Below, in pieces: positions 12,014-26,311 of a stretch of 64,000 bases of DNA. The notes under the pieces were generated by a model that was not told the origin of the DNA, did no database searches, and worked only from the letters and a program-made list of their open reading frames with translations. Where the stretch lies: NCBI GenBank assembly GCA_026770705.1, contig JANJGN010000021.1, forward strand, positions 89,032,001 through 89,096,000, written 5' to 3'. The DNA is from Isurus oxyrinchus. Its lineage: Eukaryota. The translations under genes and the position numbers were made by a program. How positions within the stretch are numbered: position 1 is the first letter of the stretch; every line of letters starts with the position of its first letter.

Positions 12014-12186
12014 AATTATGCTGCAGATGCTGGAAATCCAAAACAAAAACAGAATTATCTGGAAAAACTCAGCAGGTCTGGCAGCATCGGCGGAGAAGAA
12101 AAGAGTTGACCTTTCGAGTCCTCATGACCCATCGACAGAACTTGAGTTCGAGTCCAAGAAAGAGTTGAAATATAAGCTGGTTTAAG

Positions 12187-12217
<31 letters not shown>

Positions 12218-14207
12218 GGGGGGGGTGGAGGGGGGGGGGGCGGAGAGATAGAGAGAGAGAGAGGTGGGGGGGTGTGGTTGTATGGACAAACAAGCAGTGA
12301 TAGAAGCAGATCATCAAAAGATGTCAACAACAATAGTACAATAGAACACATAGGTGTTAAAGTTATAAAAAGAAAGAAAACTGCGGATGCTGGAAATCCA
12401 AAACAAAAACAGAATTACCTGGAAAAACTCAGCAGGTCTGGCAGCATCGGCGGAGAAGAAAAGAGTTGACGTTTCGAGAACTTGGTTCTGTCGAAGGGTA
12501 ATGAGGACTCGAAACGTCAACTCTTTTCTTCTCCGCCGATGCTGCCAGACCTGCTGAGTTTTTCCAGGTAATTCTGTTTTTGTGTTAAAGTTAAAGTTGG
12601 TGATATTATCTAAACGAATGTGCTAATTAAGAATGGATGGTAGGGCACTCAAGGTACAGCTCTAGTGGGGGTGTTTTTTTTATAATGGAAATAGGTGGGA
12701 AAAGAAAAATCTTAATAATTTATTGGAAAAAAAGGAAGGGGGAAACAGAAAGGGGGTGGGGATGGGGGAGGGAGCTCATGACCTAAAGTTGTTGAATTCA
12801 ATATTCAGTCCGGAAGGCTGTAAAGTGCCTAGTCGGAAGATGAGGTGTTGTTCCTCCAGTTTGCGTTGGGCTTCACTGGAACAATGCAGCAAGCCAAGGA
12901 CAGACATGTGAGCAAGAGAGCAGGGTGGAGTGTTAAAATGGCAAGCGACAGGGAGGTTTGGGTCTGACATGTCCTCCTTCTTCCTTAACCGAGGTTTTCC
13001 ACCCACGGTCGTTAACAGGGCCCTCAACCATGTCTGGCCCATCTCCCGCGCATCCACCCTCACGCCTTCTCCTCCCTCCCAGAAACATGATAGGGTCCCC
13101 CTTGTCCTCACTTATCACCCCACCAGCCTCCGCATTCAAAGGATCATCCTCCACCATTTCCGCCAACTCCAGCATGATGCCACCACCAAACACATCTTCC
13201 CTTCACCCCCCTTATTGGCATTCCGTAGGGATCGCTCCCTCCGGGACACCCTGGTCCACTCCTCCATCACCCCCTACTCCTCAACCCCCTCCTAAGGCAC
13301 CACCCCATGCCCACGCAAAAGATGTAACACCTGCCCCTTCACTTCCTCTCTCCTCACCGTCCAAGGACCCAAACACTCCTTTCAAGTGAAGCAGCATTTC
13401 ACTTGCATTTCCCCCAACTTAGTCTACTGCATTCGTTGCTCCCAATGTGGTCTCCTCTACATTGGAGAGACCAAACGTAATCTGGGCGACCGCTTTGCAG
13501 AACACCTGCGGTCTGTTCGCAAGAATGACCCAAACCTCCCTGTCGCTTGCCATTTTAACACTCCACCCTGCTCTCTTGCCCACATGTCTGTCCTTGGCTT
13601 GCTGCATTGTTCCAGTGAAGCCCAACGCAAACTGGAGGAACAACACCTCATCTTCCGACTAGGCACCTTACAGCCTTCCAGACTGAATATTGAATTCAAC
13701 AACTTTAGGTCGTGAGCTCCCTCCTCCATCCCCACCCCCTTTCTGTTTCCCCCTTCCTTTTTTTTCCAATAAATTATAAAGATTTTCCTTTTCCCACCTA
13801 TTTCCATTATAAAAAAAAACACCCCCACTAGAGCTATACCTTGAGTGCCCTACCATCCATTCTTAATTAGCACATTCGTTTAGATAATATCAGCAACTTT
13901 AACTTTAACACCTATGTGTTCTATTGTACTATTGTCTTTGACATCTTTTGATGATCTGCTTCTATCACTGCTTGTTTGTCCACACAACCACTCCTCTCTC
14001 TCTATCTCTCCACCCCCCACACACACACCTTAAACCAGCTTATATTTCAACTCTTTCTTGGACTCGAACTCAAGTTCTGTCGAAGGGTCATGAGGACTCG
14101 AAAGGTCAACTCTTTTCTTCTCCGCCGATGCTGCCAGACCTGCTGAGTTTTTCCAGGTAATTCTGTTTTTGTTTTGGATTTCCAGCATCTGCAGTTTTTT
14201 TGTTTTT
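12014..14207. mobile_element. Young Penelope-like insertion with inverted arms (12014-~12964 minus; ~12963-14207 plus, thumb/linker/EN + 3' UTR)
   Basis: TSD aagaacaaattcat at 12000-12013 and 14208-14221; GIY-YIG ORF 13386-13715; premature TAA at 13293-13295. Confidence 0.92.
12366..12581. mobile_element. Mini palindromic PLE derivative (two inverted 3' termini) nested in a PLE 3' UTR
   Basis: TSD gtgttaaagtta at 12354-12365 and 12582-12593; complete hammerhead motif on + at ~12485-12522. Confidence 0.88.
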
Positions 14208-14250
14208 AAGAACAAATTCATCCTCACTTAATGCGAAATATGATCAGCAA

Positions 14251-17200
14251 ATTAAATCCGTGATAATTAAATTCGGGTTTGGTCCCGTCACTGCTGAATG
14301 AACATTGGGGCGCAGCCAGTGGGCAAAGTGAGGGCAGAAATAATCACTGGAAGTGATTGAGTGGACAGGAGCAACTAGAATTTACACCTTTCACAATCTC
14401 AGGATGCCCCGGGGCCTTTCGCCCTCAGTAAAGTACATTTAAAATGTCGTGTCCGTTGTAATGTCAGGAAACGCCAAAGGCAGTTCGTGCAGAGCAAGAT
14501 TGCAGCAATAATAAAATAATCCTGCCATTCCAGGAATTATTTATATGAACATTTCTTAGACTCCCTCTATTACAAGTATATCCTTCATTAGTAAGGACAC
14601 CAAAACTGTACACAGTACTCCAGGTCTCACCAAGGCTCTATACAATTGCAGCAATACTTCTTTTTTACTGTGTTCAATCATTTTGCAATAAGGACCAACG
14701 TATCATCTGCCTTCCTAATTGCTTGTGGCATCTGCATGTTATCTTTCTGTGACAAATGAACAAGGACACTCAGGTCCCGTCGCACATCAACACTTCCCAA
14801 CCTCTCACCATTAAAGAAACATTTGCCATTTCTGTTTTTCCTCCCAGTGTGGATAAGTTTACATTTTCCACATCATATTTTATTTGCCATGTTTTTGCCC
14901 ACTCACTAAACCTGTCTAAATTCCCTTGAAGACTCTTTACATCCTCCTCACAACTCATATTCCTACTTAGTTTTGTGTCATCTGTAAACCTGGAAACAAT
15001 ACATTTGGTCCCTGCATCCAAATTATTGATATAGATTGTGAAAAGCTGGGGCTGACTCGTGGTACCCCACTAGTCACAGCCTGGCAACCTGGAAACAACC
15101 AATTTATTCCAGCTCTCTGTTATCTGTTCATTAAGCATCTGTTCCATGCCAGTATAATATCCCCAATCCCATATGCTCCAATTTTGCTCGCAGACTTTAT
15201 CAAAAGCCCCCTGAAAATCCAAATACACCACATCCATTGGCTGCCCCTGATCGATTCCGCTAACTGCATCCTCAAAAAAGTTTGTCAAACATGATTTCCC
15301 TTTCTTAATTACATGTTGACTCTGCTCATCCTAATTGTACCATTATTTTCCCAGTGTCCAGTTATAGTATCATCCTTAATAGGAGATTCTACAATTTCCC
15401 TACGACTGGTGTCAAGTTAACAGGCCTGTAATTTCCCATTTTTCTCCCCTGCCTTCCTTAAATAGTCAGTTTACATTTTCTACCTTCGAAACTGCAGGAA
15501 TCATTTAGTTAAACATGGACCCAAACAAGAGTTCTTACCATCCACTTGTGAAGTTTAAACAACCAGTTGTGGAAGGATGAGCCAGAGCTTGAGAAATATG
15601 AGATCTCAAGGCTGTTGGCCTCCAAGTGCCAAATTGAATGAAGGAGACATTTTGTGTTCAAGTTGGAGCAGAGGTGAGAATGAATGAGCATTGCCAATTG
15701 CTGTTGTATCATGGTGGTCTGGGCCCCAGAAGCGTTAACTCTGCAGTCATGTGATGGAAATTGATTGTCAGGCTGCAGTATAAACATAACAACAGAAAGC
15801 AAACCTGGGTGTGTGAGAAACATCTGAAGCATCAGGAAACATCTAAACATCTGGACCCTCAGAGCTGAAAGTCTTCCAGTTCAGCCAAAATACTGCGCTT
15901 ATTCCAACTTGCATGTCCACTTAAGAACCAACCTCCAAGCTATTCATCTGCAAGAGGATTCACGGTTTCATGAGAATCCTTTGTTTCTAAAAGACATTCG
16001 CCCCCAACTAAAGCATCAACCAACCAGGAAGACTACAGGCCTGCTGTGATATAAAGGCTGAGTTCTAAATTACATTCTTAAAATTACAGCTTTAATTTTA
16101 TCTGTGCCTTAAAGTTTTTGTCTGTGATTGTGTGAATGAGATGCGTGATTGAGACATTGCATTTCAAACATCCAGGGCAAGTGTGTGTGATGATAAATAA
16201 ACCTTCTCTCTTTTAAAAAAAATCTCCTGAAAGTCTGCTGCTGGAATTTATTTTGAATTAAGAAAAATCACTCTGAGTGTAAGGAAATACACACACCTTA
16301 CAGAAAACTCCTGATTACAGATCAGAAGGGACCACGCAAATCCTATCAATAACAGGAAGTTATGTTTGTTTTAAACCATGTCTTAATTTTTCAAATGTTA
16401 GCTATTGCCTGAAAATGCAGTTTCCCAATCTACAGATTATTTGCCTCTCATACCTTTGTTGTTTCCTTTGTTTACATTTAAGATACTCGTTTCAAATTGA
16501 ACTACATCACTTTCAAATTTAATGCAAAATTCCAGCATATTATTGTCACTCTTCCACGAAGGTTTCTTTACGAGATTATGATCTATTCCTTTCTCGTTAC
16601 ACAATACTAGATCTAAAATAGCCCTATGTCAAATTGGTCCCTCAACACTCTATTCTAGAAAATCATCTTGAATATATTCCAGGAATTCGTCCTCCATAGC
16701 ATTCGTGCTAATTAGGATTACACGGTCTATATGTACACCAAAGAAGTCATTAAAACAAGGGAATGTTGGAAGAGACACTGAGTGCCAATGTGAGGGAGCA
16801 GGATTACTGTCCGTACACAGACAGATTGTTCTCCACACTCTTCAGAAGTTACATCAATTGTTCTTCGCACTGCCCCCCTGCAGTGTCACTGGGAAATACT
16901 GAACACTGAAAAGTGCCAGCCATGTGGCTGTTTAAATTACAAATGCTAATCTAGATTCGTACAATTAGTCTGTGCTTTGAGTGTGTTTCTACTGAAACAT
17001 TCATAGTGAGAGGGAGATGAAAACTTTAAAATGTGGATGACCCAGGGAAGCAGGAACGTCCACGAAGCAGTGCAGGAATAAAAATGTCAAGTTTGCAAGA
17101 GGGAAGGAGACATATTTCATATCATCACTGTTCTTTGTAATGGTTTTCGATTTGGTGCTGCTGATGAAAAATAACACGGTTACAATGCTGAGATCTACAG

Positions 17201-17575
17201 AAACTAATGGATATTGTTAAAATGAGGAAGTTTGAGTAGCGGAATGTTTAAGAATCAAATAGTCCAGCTCGAAAACCGGCTCAGTTTGTACGTGAGGTTC
17301 TCATTTGGAAGGGTGGGGAGGTGGGGAGGTAACAAGTGGGGGTGCGGGAGTCGGGGTGGGGGGGTTGGTGGGGGCGGTGTGGTGGAGGCGGGTAGGTGGG
17401 AGCTGGGTGTGACTGTGATGTTACATTAATCTGCACATCTATAATAACCACTGTTACCATTTAAAGTTCATTTTATGTTGATAATTTTCAAAAGATTTAT
17501 TAACGGGTACATCAAATCATGGAGTCCATCTTTCACATACTGTTAACTGGGCGCAATGCTGGAAACATCAGAGAT
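14251..17575. repeat. Segmental duplication copy B
   Basis: Colinear similarity to 1-7590, ending at ...gaaacatcagagata. Confidence 0.92.
14562..15500 (-). mobile_element. CR1 LINE RT fragment
   Basis: DVVYLDFQGAFDKV and SRFTDDTKL motifs. Confidence 0.85.
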
Positions 17576-19324
17576 AGTTTGGAGCTCCCTAACATCACTG
17601 CAACAGCTCAAGGCAGCTGCTCACCAGCACTTTCTGAAGGACAATTAGGGATTGGTAATAAATGCTAGCTCTGCCAGGAATGCTGATTTTTCATGATTGA
17701 AAAGAAAAACTTATTTTGTCACTAAACCATCAAACTTGGCCAAAGCAGGTGGGGAGGTGGTAGCATTGTGACAATGTCAATGGATGAGTAATCCAGAGGC
17801 CCAGGCTCTGGGGACATGGGTTCAAATCCATGGCAGCTGGTGGAATTTAAATTCAATTAATGATACTGAAAGCTAGTATCAGTCATGGAGACCATGACAT
17901 GATTGTTGTAAAACCCATCTAATTTACTAATGTAAGGAAATCTGCAATCATGTGATGCCAGACCCATAGCAGGTTTTGTCAGCTGGTATTAACCTCAACT
18001 CTAAACCACAAGGTCCTGAGTTCCAGGGTTCTAGTGGAGCACTGAGTGAGCATTGCACTGTCAGGGGTGCAGTGTTTCAGATACGACATTAACTCAAGGC
18101 ACCATCTGCCTGTTCAGGTAGATGTTAAAGATCCCATGACACTATTTTGAAGAAGAGCAGAGGAGATATTCTGCGTCCTTGTCAATACCTGTCCTTCAAT
18201 CAACATGATGCAAACAGATATTAATCTGTGATCCTGACACAACCACAGGGATAGTGTGGTTGACTCTTAACTGCCCTCTGAAATGGCTAATTGGGAATGA
18301 GCAACTATTGCTGGCCTTGCCAGCAACACACACATTCCATGAGAGAACGAAAAAAGGAGCAAGAGAATAAACAGGAAAACAGATCTAGGCGGAGGGGATT
18401 TCAAAGCTTACGATTTCGGCAGCTGAAGGCACAGCCATCACTTGGGTATGTGCATGAAACCAGATTTGGAGGGGCACAGAGACATCAATGGCAAAGCTGG
18501 AGGAGATAGGGAGAGGCAAGATGGAGGGATTTCAGAAGAAGGATGAAAATGTCAAACCTGGTGTCACCAGATGGGGAGCTAAAATAAGGGGTAAAATTAA
18601 TAACAAATGCAGCATAAGTTGCTTAACTGACAATGCAGATACAATAAAACAGAATAAATAAATACAAATATAATACAAATATTAACAGATTATCTTAATC
18701 CTGAGCTGTACAAGGTTGTTTCAGGGAGCTTTGAAAATCTGCATTCACTGCTAGGAAACACAGATTCACCAGAATGCTACTGGAGTTGAGAAGTGTTAGT
18801 GTTGTGTCGTGTCTGAACTCGGGAGAATTTGTCCTTCCTATTTTTGTTTATTCCTATGTTGTGTCGGCTTGTGCAATGTTGATCACCTTCATGTCAGCCA
18901 TCTTTTCTGACAGGCTTAACAGCCAGAGGCACTTCCTGCCACTAACCATTCCCATTTAACTGGGGTGGGAACCGGCAGTGATGCACACTGGCTTGTGTGC
19001 ACCAGCGGCTGGATGCTTCTGTGGCCAGCAAGATCTGGAGTGGGGCTTGCAACGGGAAGGCCCCAAGTTCCGAGGCAAAAGAACTACCCACTGAGTCATC
19101 CCAGCTTCAATTTGTGAGTGTCAGTGCTTTACATCATCTCAACTGTGGACTGTTATCCTTGAGTGGTATCTGAATGGAGTGGTACTCCTGAGTCAAATTA
19201 CACATCTCCCACTGGATGAACGTCATTGGTTGGAGACCTGACACTGCCAGGCTACAGCAGGAGAAGTGACACATTATATAACTGACAATGTCACTGCATT
19301 TTTTTCCATTAATTGTTAACGTTG

Positions 19325-21635
19325 AGATAAAAACAAAAAACTGTGGATGCTGGAAATCCAAAACAAAAACAGAATTACCTGGAAAAACTCAGCAGGTCTG
19401 GCAGCATCGGCAGAAAAGAAAAGAGTTGACGTTTCAAGTCCTCATGACCCTTCAACAGAATTGAGTGAATATGAGGAGAGGGGTGAAATATAAGCTGGTT
19501 TAAGGTGGTGGGGGGGGGGGGGGGGGGGGAGAGAAGTGGGGGTGGTAGTGTGGTTGTAGGGACAAGCAATCAGTGATAGGAGCAGATATCAAAAGATGTC
19601 ACAGACAAAAGAACAAAAGAACACAGAGGTGTTGAAGGTGGTGATATTATCTAAATGAATGTGCTAATTAAGAATGGATGGTAGGGCACTCAAGGTACAG
19701 CTCTAGTGGGGGTGAGGTGGAAAGACTAGCAGGGCATAAAAGATTTAAAAATAACGGAAATAGGTGGGAAAAGAAAAATCTATATAAATTATTGGAAAAA
19801 ACAAAAGGAAGGGGGAAGAAACAGAAAGGGGGTGGGGATGGAGGAGGGAGGTCAAGATCTAAAGTTGTTGAATTCAATATTCAGTCTGGAAGGCTGTAAA
19901 GTGCCTAGTCGGAAGATGAGGTGTTGTTCCTCCAGTTTGTGTTGGGCTTCACTGGAACAATGCAGCAAGCCAAGGAGAGGCATGTGGGCAAGAGAGCAGG
20001 GTGGAGTGTTAAAATGGCAAGCGACAGGGAGGTTGGGTCATTCTTGCGGACAGACTGCAGGTGTTCTGCAATGCGGTCGTCCAGTTTACGTTTGGTCTCT
20101 CCAATGTAGTGGAGACCGCATTGGGAGCCATGAATGCAGTAGACTAAGTTGGGGGAAATGCAAGTGAACTGCTGCTTCACTTGAAAGAAGTGTTTGGGCC
20201 CTTGGACGGTGAGGAGAGAGGAAGTGAAGGGGCAGGTGTTGCATCTTTTGCGTGGGCATGGGGAGGTGCCATAAGTGGGGGTTGAGGAGTAGGGAGTGAT
20301 GGAGGAGTGGACCAGGGTGTCCCGGAGAGAACAATCCCTATGGAATGCCGCTAGGGGGTTGAAGGAAAGATGTGTTTGGTGGTGGCATCATGCTGGAGTT
20401 GGCGGAAATGGCAGAGGATGATCCTTTGAATGCAGAGGCTGGTGGGGTGATAAGTGAAGACAAGGGGGACCCTATCATGTTTTTGGGAGGGAGAAGAAGG
20501 TGTGAGGGCGGATGCGTGGGAGATGGGCCGGACATAGTTAAGGGCCCTGTCAACGACCGTGGGTGGAAAACCTCGGTTAAGGAAGAAGGAGGACATGTCA
20601 GAGGAACTGTTTTTAAAGGTAACATCATCAGAACAGATGCACCGGAGGTGAAGGAACTGAGAGAATGGGATGGAGTCCTTACAGGAAGCGCGGTGTGAGG
20701 AGCTGTAGTCGAGGTAGCTGTGGGAGTCAGTAGGTTTGTAATGGATATTGGTTGACAGTCTTTCACCAGAGATTGAGACAGAGAGGTCAAGGAAGAGAAG
20801 TGTCAGAGATGGACCACGTGAAAATGATGGAGGGGTGGAGATTGGAAGCAAAACTAATAAATTTTTCCAAGTCCCGACGAGAGCATGAAGCAGCACCAAA
20901 GTAATCATCGATGTACCGGAGAAAGAGTTGTGGAAGGGGGCCGGAGTAGGACTGCAACAAGGAATGTTCCACATACCCCATAAAGAGACAGGCATAGTTC
21001 GGGCCCATGCGGGTACCCATAGCCACACCTTTTATTTGGAGGAAGTGAGAGGAGTTTAAGGAGAAATTGTTCAGTGTGAGAACAAGTTCAGCCAGATGGA
21101 GGAGTGTAGTGGTGGATGGGGATTTTTCGGGCCTCTGTTCGAGGAAGAAGCTAAGGGCCCTCAGACCATCCTGGTGGGGGATGGAGGTGTAGAGGGATTG
21201 GACGTCCATGGTGAAGAGGAAGCGGTTGGGGCCAGGGAACTGGAAATTGTTGATGTAACGTAAGGTGTCAGAGGAATCACGAATGTAGGTGGGAAGGAAT
21301 TGGACAAGGGGAGAGTGAAGGGAGCCAAGATAACGAGAAATGAGTTCCGTGGGGCAGGAGCAGGCTGACACGATCAGTCTACAGGGACATTTCTGTTTGT
21401 GGATTTTGGGTAGGAGGTAGAAGCGGGCTGTCCGAGGTTGGACGACTATCAGGTTGGAAGCTGTGGGAGGAAGATCTCCAGAGGAGATGAGGTCACTGAT
21501 AGTCCTGGAATCAATGGCTTGATGTTCAGTGGTGGATTCATGGTCCAGGGAGAGGTAGGAGGAAGTGTCTGCGAGTTGATGCTCAGCCTCCGCGAGGTAG
21601 AGGTCAGTGCGCCAGACAACAACAGCACCACACTT
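19325..21635 (-). mobile_element. Penelope-like retroelement, 5'-truncated with frameshifts
   Basis: FYLLPKIHK, FTMDVQSLYTSIP, GVAMG, RYIDD and GIY-YIG fragments; hammerhead-like motif at ~19423-19460. Confidence 0.93.
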
Positions 21636-21849
21636 GATTGTGTTATGCTGCAGTTCAAAGGATTCCACAGTGTCTGTTAGGCAAATCATGAATGAGGGGA
21701 TGTAGCTTGACCAATGAGAAGTGAAATCAGGATATATATTTACATACAAAGGTGAGTAGAAATCTGGAATGCCTCCCACCCCCACCCATCCCATCACCAA
21801 CCTCCAGCCCCCACAGGGGGAAAGGATGTGGATGGTGGGGAACAATTAG

Positions 21850-22250
21850 AGTTTTCAATTGAGTTTCGAAGAATGGGAGAATTAAACATACAAGATACTG
21901 AAGGAGATTGATACGGTAGACACTATCCTTTCTGCTGGTTGGGGAATCTAAAATACAGGGCACAGGGTAAAGGGTTAATTATTTAGGACTGAGATAAGGG
22001 GAAATTACTTCACTCGATGGGTTGGAAATCTTTGGAATTCTCTACCTTAGAGGGTTGTGGATGCTTTGCCAGTGAACACATTTAAGGCTGGGATAGACAG
22101 GTCTTTGGTCTCTCAGGGAATCAAGGGATATGGGGAGCAGGTGGGAAAGTGGATTTGAAGCCCAAGATCAGCGATGGTCGCACTGAATGAAGGATCAGGC
22201 TCGATGGAGTGTACAGTCTATTCCTGCTTCTGTCCCTTAGGTGCTCTTGT
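21850..22250 (+). mobile_element. CR1 LINE 3' end
   Basis: Similar to CR1 3' ends at 41660-42045 and 46900-47340. Confidence 0.75.
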
Positions 22251-22568
22251 GTTCAGATAAGGAGATTGATAAATTTTTGTTAGCTTACCAAAGGGAAACG
22301 GATTTTAGGCTAGTTGGAGTTAAAGTGCAAATCTAACTGAATGGTGCGTTTGAGCAGCCTTCTCCCCATGTGAAAGCCAAATACTGTGGATGCTGAAAAT
22401 CCAGATGTAAATTAAAAGGCAATGTCAGAAACGCTCAACAGGTCAGGCAGCCTTTAGGAACAGAAAACGTGTTCTACCCCCAACAGCTGGCAGGGTTGAT
22501 CCAATGAATTGTTAATGCAATTTATTTCTTCGCACAGATGCTGTTGGACCTGTTGAGTGCCTCTTTTT

Positions 22569-22800
22569 CAATTTGTTATAAAGGTACGACTGACTCCGCA
22601 GTGCTAGCTTGAGAGTAAATTGACATAATACTGTGAGCCATTCTAAGCTATGAAATAGGGCAGCAGGTTTTAGCGGTCAATTTGTTATAAAGGTATGACT
22701 CCGCGGTGCTGATTTGATAATAAATTTACATATTATTTTGAGCCACTTGTTAAGCGTAACAGTTCTAAGCTATGAAATACTTTAACAGGGTTCTGTGGTT
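22569..22800. repeat. Diverged tandem duplication (~109-bp unit)
   Basis: caatttgttataaaggta...ttctaagctatgaaata repeated at 22569 and 22678. Confidence 0.85.
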
Positions 22801-24359
22801 TCTGGAAAGGTGCAGATTCTTTCAGTCCCGTCATGTTGAAGAGAGTTTAGTGTTCCCAAAACAGCCAAAACAGTCACAACCCACTACTCCGGAATCTTTG
22901 GCAATCTGTTGGTAAAAAAAACAGCATTCTGAGTTACTACCATTGCCCCAGTTTAACCTGCTTTATAAAATCGGGCCTAGTTCCCAAGGCTCCGCCACTT
23001 GGGAGTGGGGTAGAGCATTACAATTATTTAGAGTTGGAACGAGGGCAAATTTGGTCTCCCGATGACACCTCCCTCTGTGGTAAGGGGTAAGGGCCTCCTC
23101 TTCCTTCTCGAGCCGGTGGCCCGGTGGTCAGGGGGACGAGCCAAGCCCAGGGGGACTGTATCAGTGCCACACTGCCTCACAGCATACCTGCTTAATTGCA
23201 GCAACATCAAATCAAGATTAATTGAGATTAGCGAATTTTTTTAACAGTTTATTTTAGTTCTACTTCCGTTAAATGGCAATGAAATTCCCACATCTGCTGC
23301 TCTCTGTTCTCAACAGTTCCTGTGACAAACATGATAATTGTTACTGCAATGTCAGGCAAATGCTCTGGCTCAGAAAAGGAATAATTTAAATTGTTCAGCC
23401 TCAATCCTGCATTTAGTCAATTATTCTTAATAATTTTCTTAAATTTAAAATTTAAGATTTTTTTTCTCTCTCTCTCTTAATTGATCCTTTCTTTTCCTCT
23501 CTTCATTTCTATTTCATTGTCTGCTTTGTGTCTAATTTATCCCCGCTTTTCCAATGTTCCTCAATCCTTAAATCACTTTGCCTGTACATCCCACCGTTCA
23601 CTAATGTTTATGCTGTTCTTGCTGCACTGCTTACACCTTACACTTCCATCACTCTGCAAATTCTCCTCAAGCCGAAAGGTGCAGCAGAACAAAAATCTAA
23701 CTAGAGTCTTAAGGTGCAAGATGCAGCCCACCAGCAAGATTCGGGTTGTTATATAATTTATTTGATTTTATTAACCAGATGTTTCATAATCGCCTCGTCC
23801 TCAAAGTTAAACAATGTAAAGGGTATACGATAGTATCCTAAAATACCTCCACTTAAGGAAAAAAAGGCTTAATTCTACAACAGTTCAAATTTAAAGACAA
23901 CAGATATATAAAAATACCTTTTAAATTGTAGGCCTCGGCTCTTGCCTTCACTGGATAGATTCAAGACCGGTTCCCAAAAGGATAAATGGGCATTGTGCTA
24001 ATTCATTACATCACCCATTTTCCAGGCTATTAGCAACATACTATCTGATTGGCAGTCCCAGTAATGTAAGAACACAATAGTGGCCGCTGCTGGGACTGCC
24101 AAGAGTCCCATGTTTCCCAGACTTAAGGTCAGTCCAGGCATTTTGGATATGCAGGGATTGGAGACTCTATCGAGGGGGAGGAGTGGTGTGAGGGGGAGGG
24201 GGGGTGTGTTTGGTGTTTAGCAGCCAGGGAGTAAACATAATAAAAGGAAGGGAGTGCCCCGATAGGCACAGGGACCACCCCCTGCCCTCCTTTGGCCTGT
24301 GAAGCAAGACCTGCCGGGCTGGTCAACTTCCTTCCACTTTCGCCAGCTTCATGTATTAT

Positions 24360-25425
24360 AGACTCATCGATGTTTACAGCACAGAAGGAGGCCATTCAGC
24401 CCATCGTAACCACACCAGTCAACAAAGATCTGACTACACGAATCCCATTTTCCAGCGCTTGACCCATAACCCTGGAGGCTATGGCAATGCAAGTGAATAT
24501 CTAAATACTTTTTAAATGTTACGAGAGTTTCTGACTCAACCACCCTTTCAGGCAGTGAGCTCCAGACTCCCACCATTCTTCAAAACATTCTTCTCAACTC
24601 TCCTCTTAGCCTTCAATCTCTTATCTTAAATCTATGCCCCCTAGTTATTGACCACTCTATTAATGGAAAAAGTGCCTTCCTTTCCACCCTATCTATGCCC
24701 CTCATAACCTTATACCGCTCTATGAGGTCTCCTCTCAGCCTTTACTGCTCCAAGGAAAACAACCCCAGCCTATCCAATCTTTCCTCATTGCTCAGAAACT
24801 TGAGCCCAGGCATCATCCTGGTAAATCTCTGCACCCTCTCCAGTGCAATCACATCCTTCCTATAATTTGGTGACCAGAACTGCTCACAGTACTCCAGTTG
24901 TGGCCTAACCAGAGTTTTATACAGTTCCAACATAACCTCCCTCCTATTGTATTCTACACCTCAGCTAATAAAGGCAAGTATCCCATATGCCTTCTTAACC
25001 ACCTTATCTACTTGCCCTGCTGCCTTCAGGTATCTGTGGATATGCACACCAACGTCCCTCTGATCTTCTGCACTTTCCAGGGTTCTACCCCTCATGGTAT
25101 AATTGCATGCCTTGTTAGCCCTCCCTGGTGCATTGCCTCACACTTTTCTGTGTTGAATTCCATTTGCCCCTGCTCTGCCCACCTGACCAGTCCACTGATA
25201 TCCTCCTGCAGTTTACGGCTATTCTCCTCACTATTTACCATCCTGCCAGTTTTTGTGTCATCCGTGAACTTCCTGATCATACTTCCTACATTTAAGTCTG
25301 AATCATTTACACCACAAGCATCAAGGGCCCCAGCACTGAGCCCTGTGGATCCCCATTGGAAACAGACTTGCAGTCACAGAAACATCCCTCTACCATCACC
25401 CTCTGCTTCCTGCCTCTCAGCCATT
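24360..25425 (-). mobile_element. CR1 LINE 3' portion
   Basis: KFTDDTK, LYKTLVRPQLEYCEQFWSP, WSSLPERVVE. Confidence 0.9.
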
Positions 25426-26271
25426 ATAGTGGCAGAGGCAGAATGAGGTCCTTCAATGACCACTAAAGGGCCTTGACCTGCCTGAGGGCAGAAGTGCTGC
25501 CTGATGCCTTCCCTGTAATATGGGGAAGGGATTGGTGGGTGTGGGGGTGAGGCTGAGATGCTGGGCTGGTCAGCTGCTTTATTTTATCTGCATTCACCCC
25601 CACCCCCAACTCACATCAAATAAACCAACAGAGGGCTGTAAAATTCACCCCCTCAGTTTATAGTCTCACCTAATAGCCCACAGTTGACAGTGCAGCCATC
25701 CTTCAGTACTGAACTGGGAGCGTCAGCCTAGGTTGTGCTCAGGACTTTCTATCTCTGAGGCCCCAGTGTTACCCATTGAGTTGCAGCTGAGAGTGAGGTA
25801 CGGGACTGAGTCACACAGGTCAAGGAAATCTCAGGTGGACTCCCTGTGTGTTGAAAACAGCTGCCAACATTTGTGGCTGCAAAAGAATGAATGTGTGTGT
25901 TTAATAGTTGACTATTTAACCAGGGTGCGTGTACACTGTTTGTAATCCAGTGATGACTGACAACATGGGGGATGCAGACTCAGGCCGAGGTGCGAGGCTC
26001 TCATGGTCAAACGCCGTATCAGGACTGAAGGCCCAATCTCACGTACGACTTGGACAAAGTACTGTGGGCAGCTGCTCTGTATGTGACTGGACCTCAATGA
26101 GGATCAGTGATTACTGTAGAACAGGGAGAAAGATGAAGCAAATAATGTTCAACTGGGGGGGTGGGGGGAGATTCTCCCCTAAAATTTCCCAGTCAGTGCC
26201 CACCCACCACTGTCTCCTCACTGTCGGAGTCCTGAGGAAACATCACAGGCCTGAAACACTAACTCTGTCTG

Positions 26272-26311
<40 letters not shown>

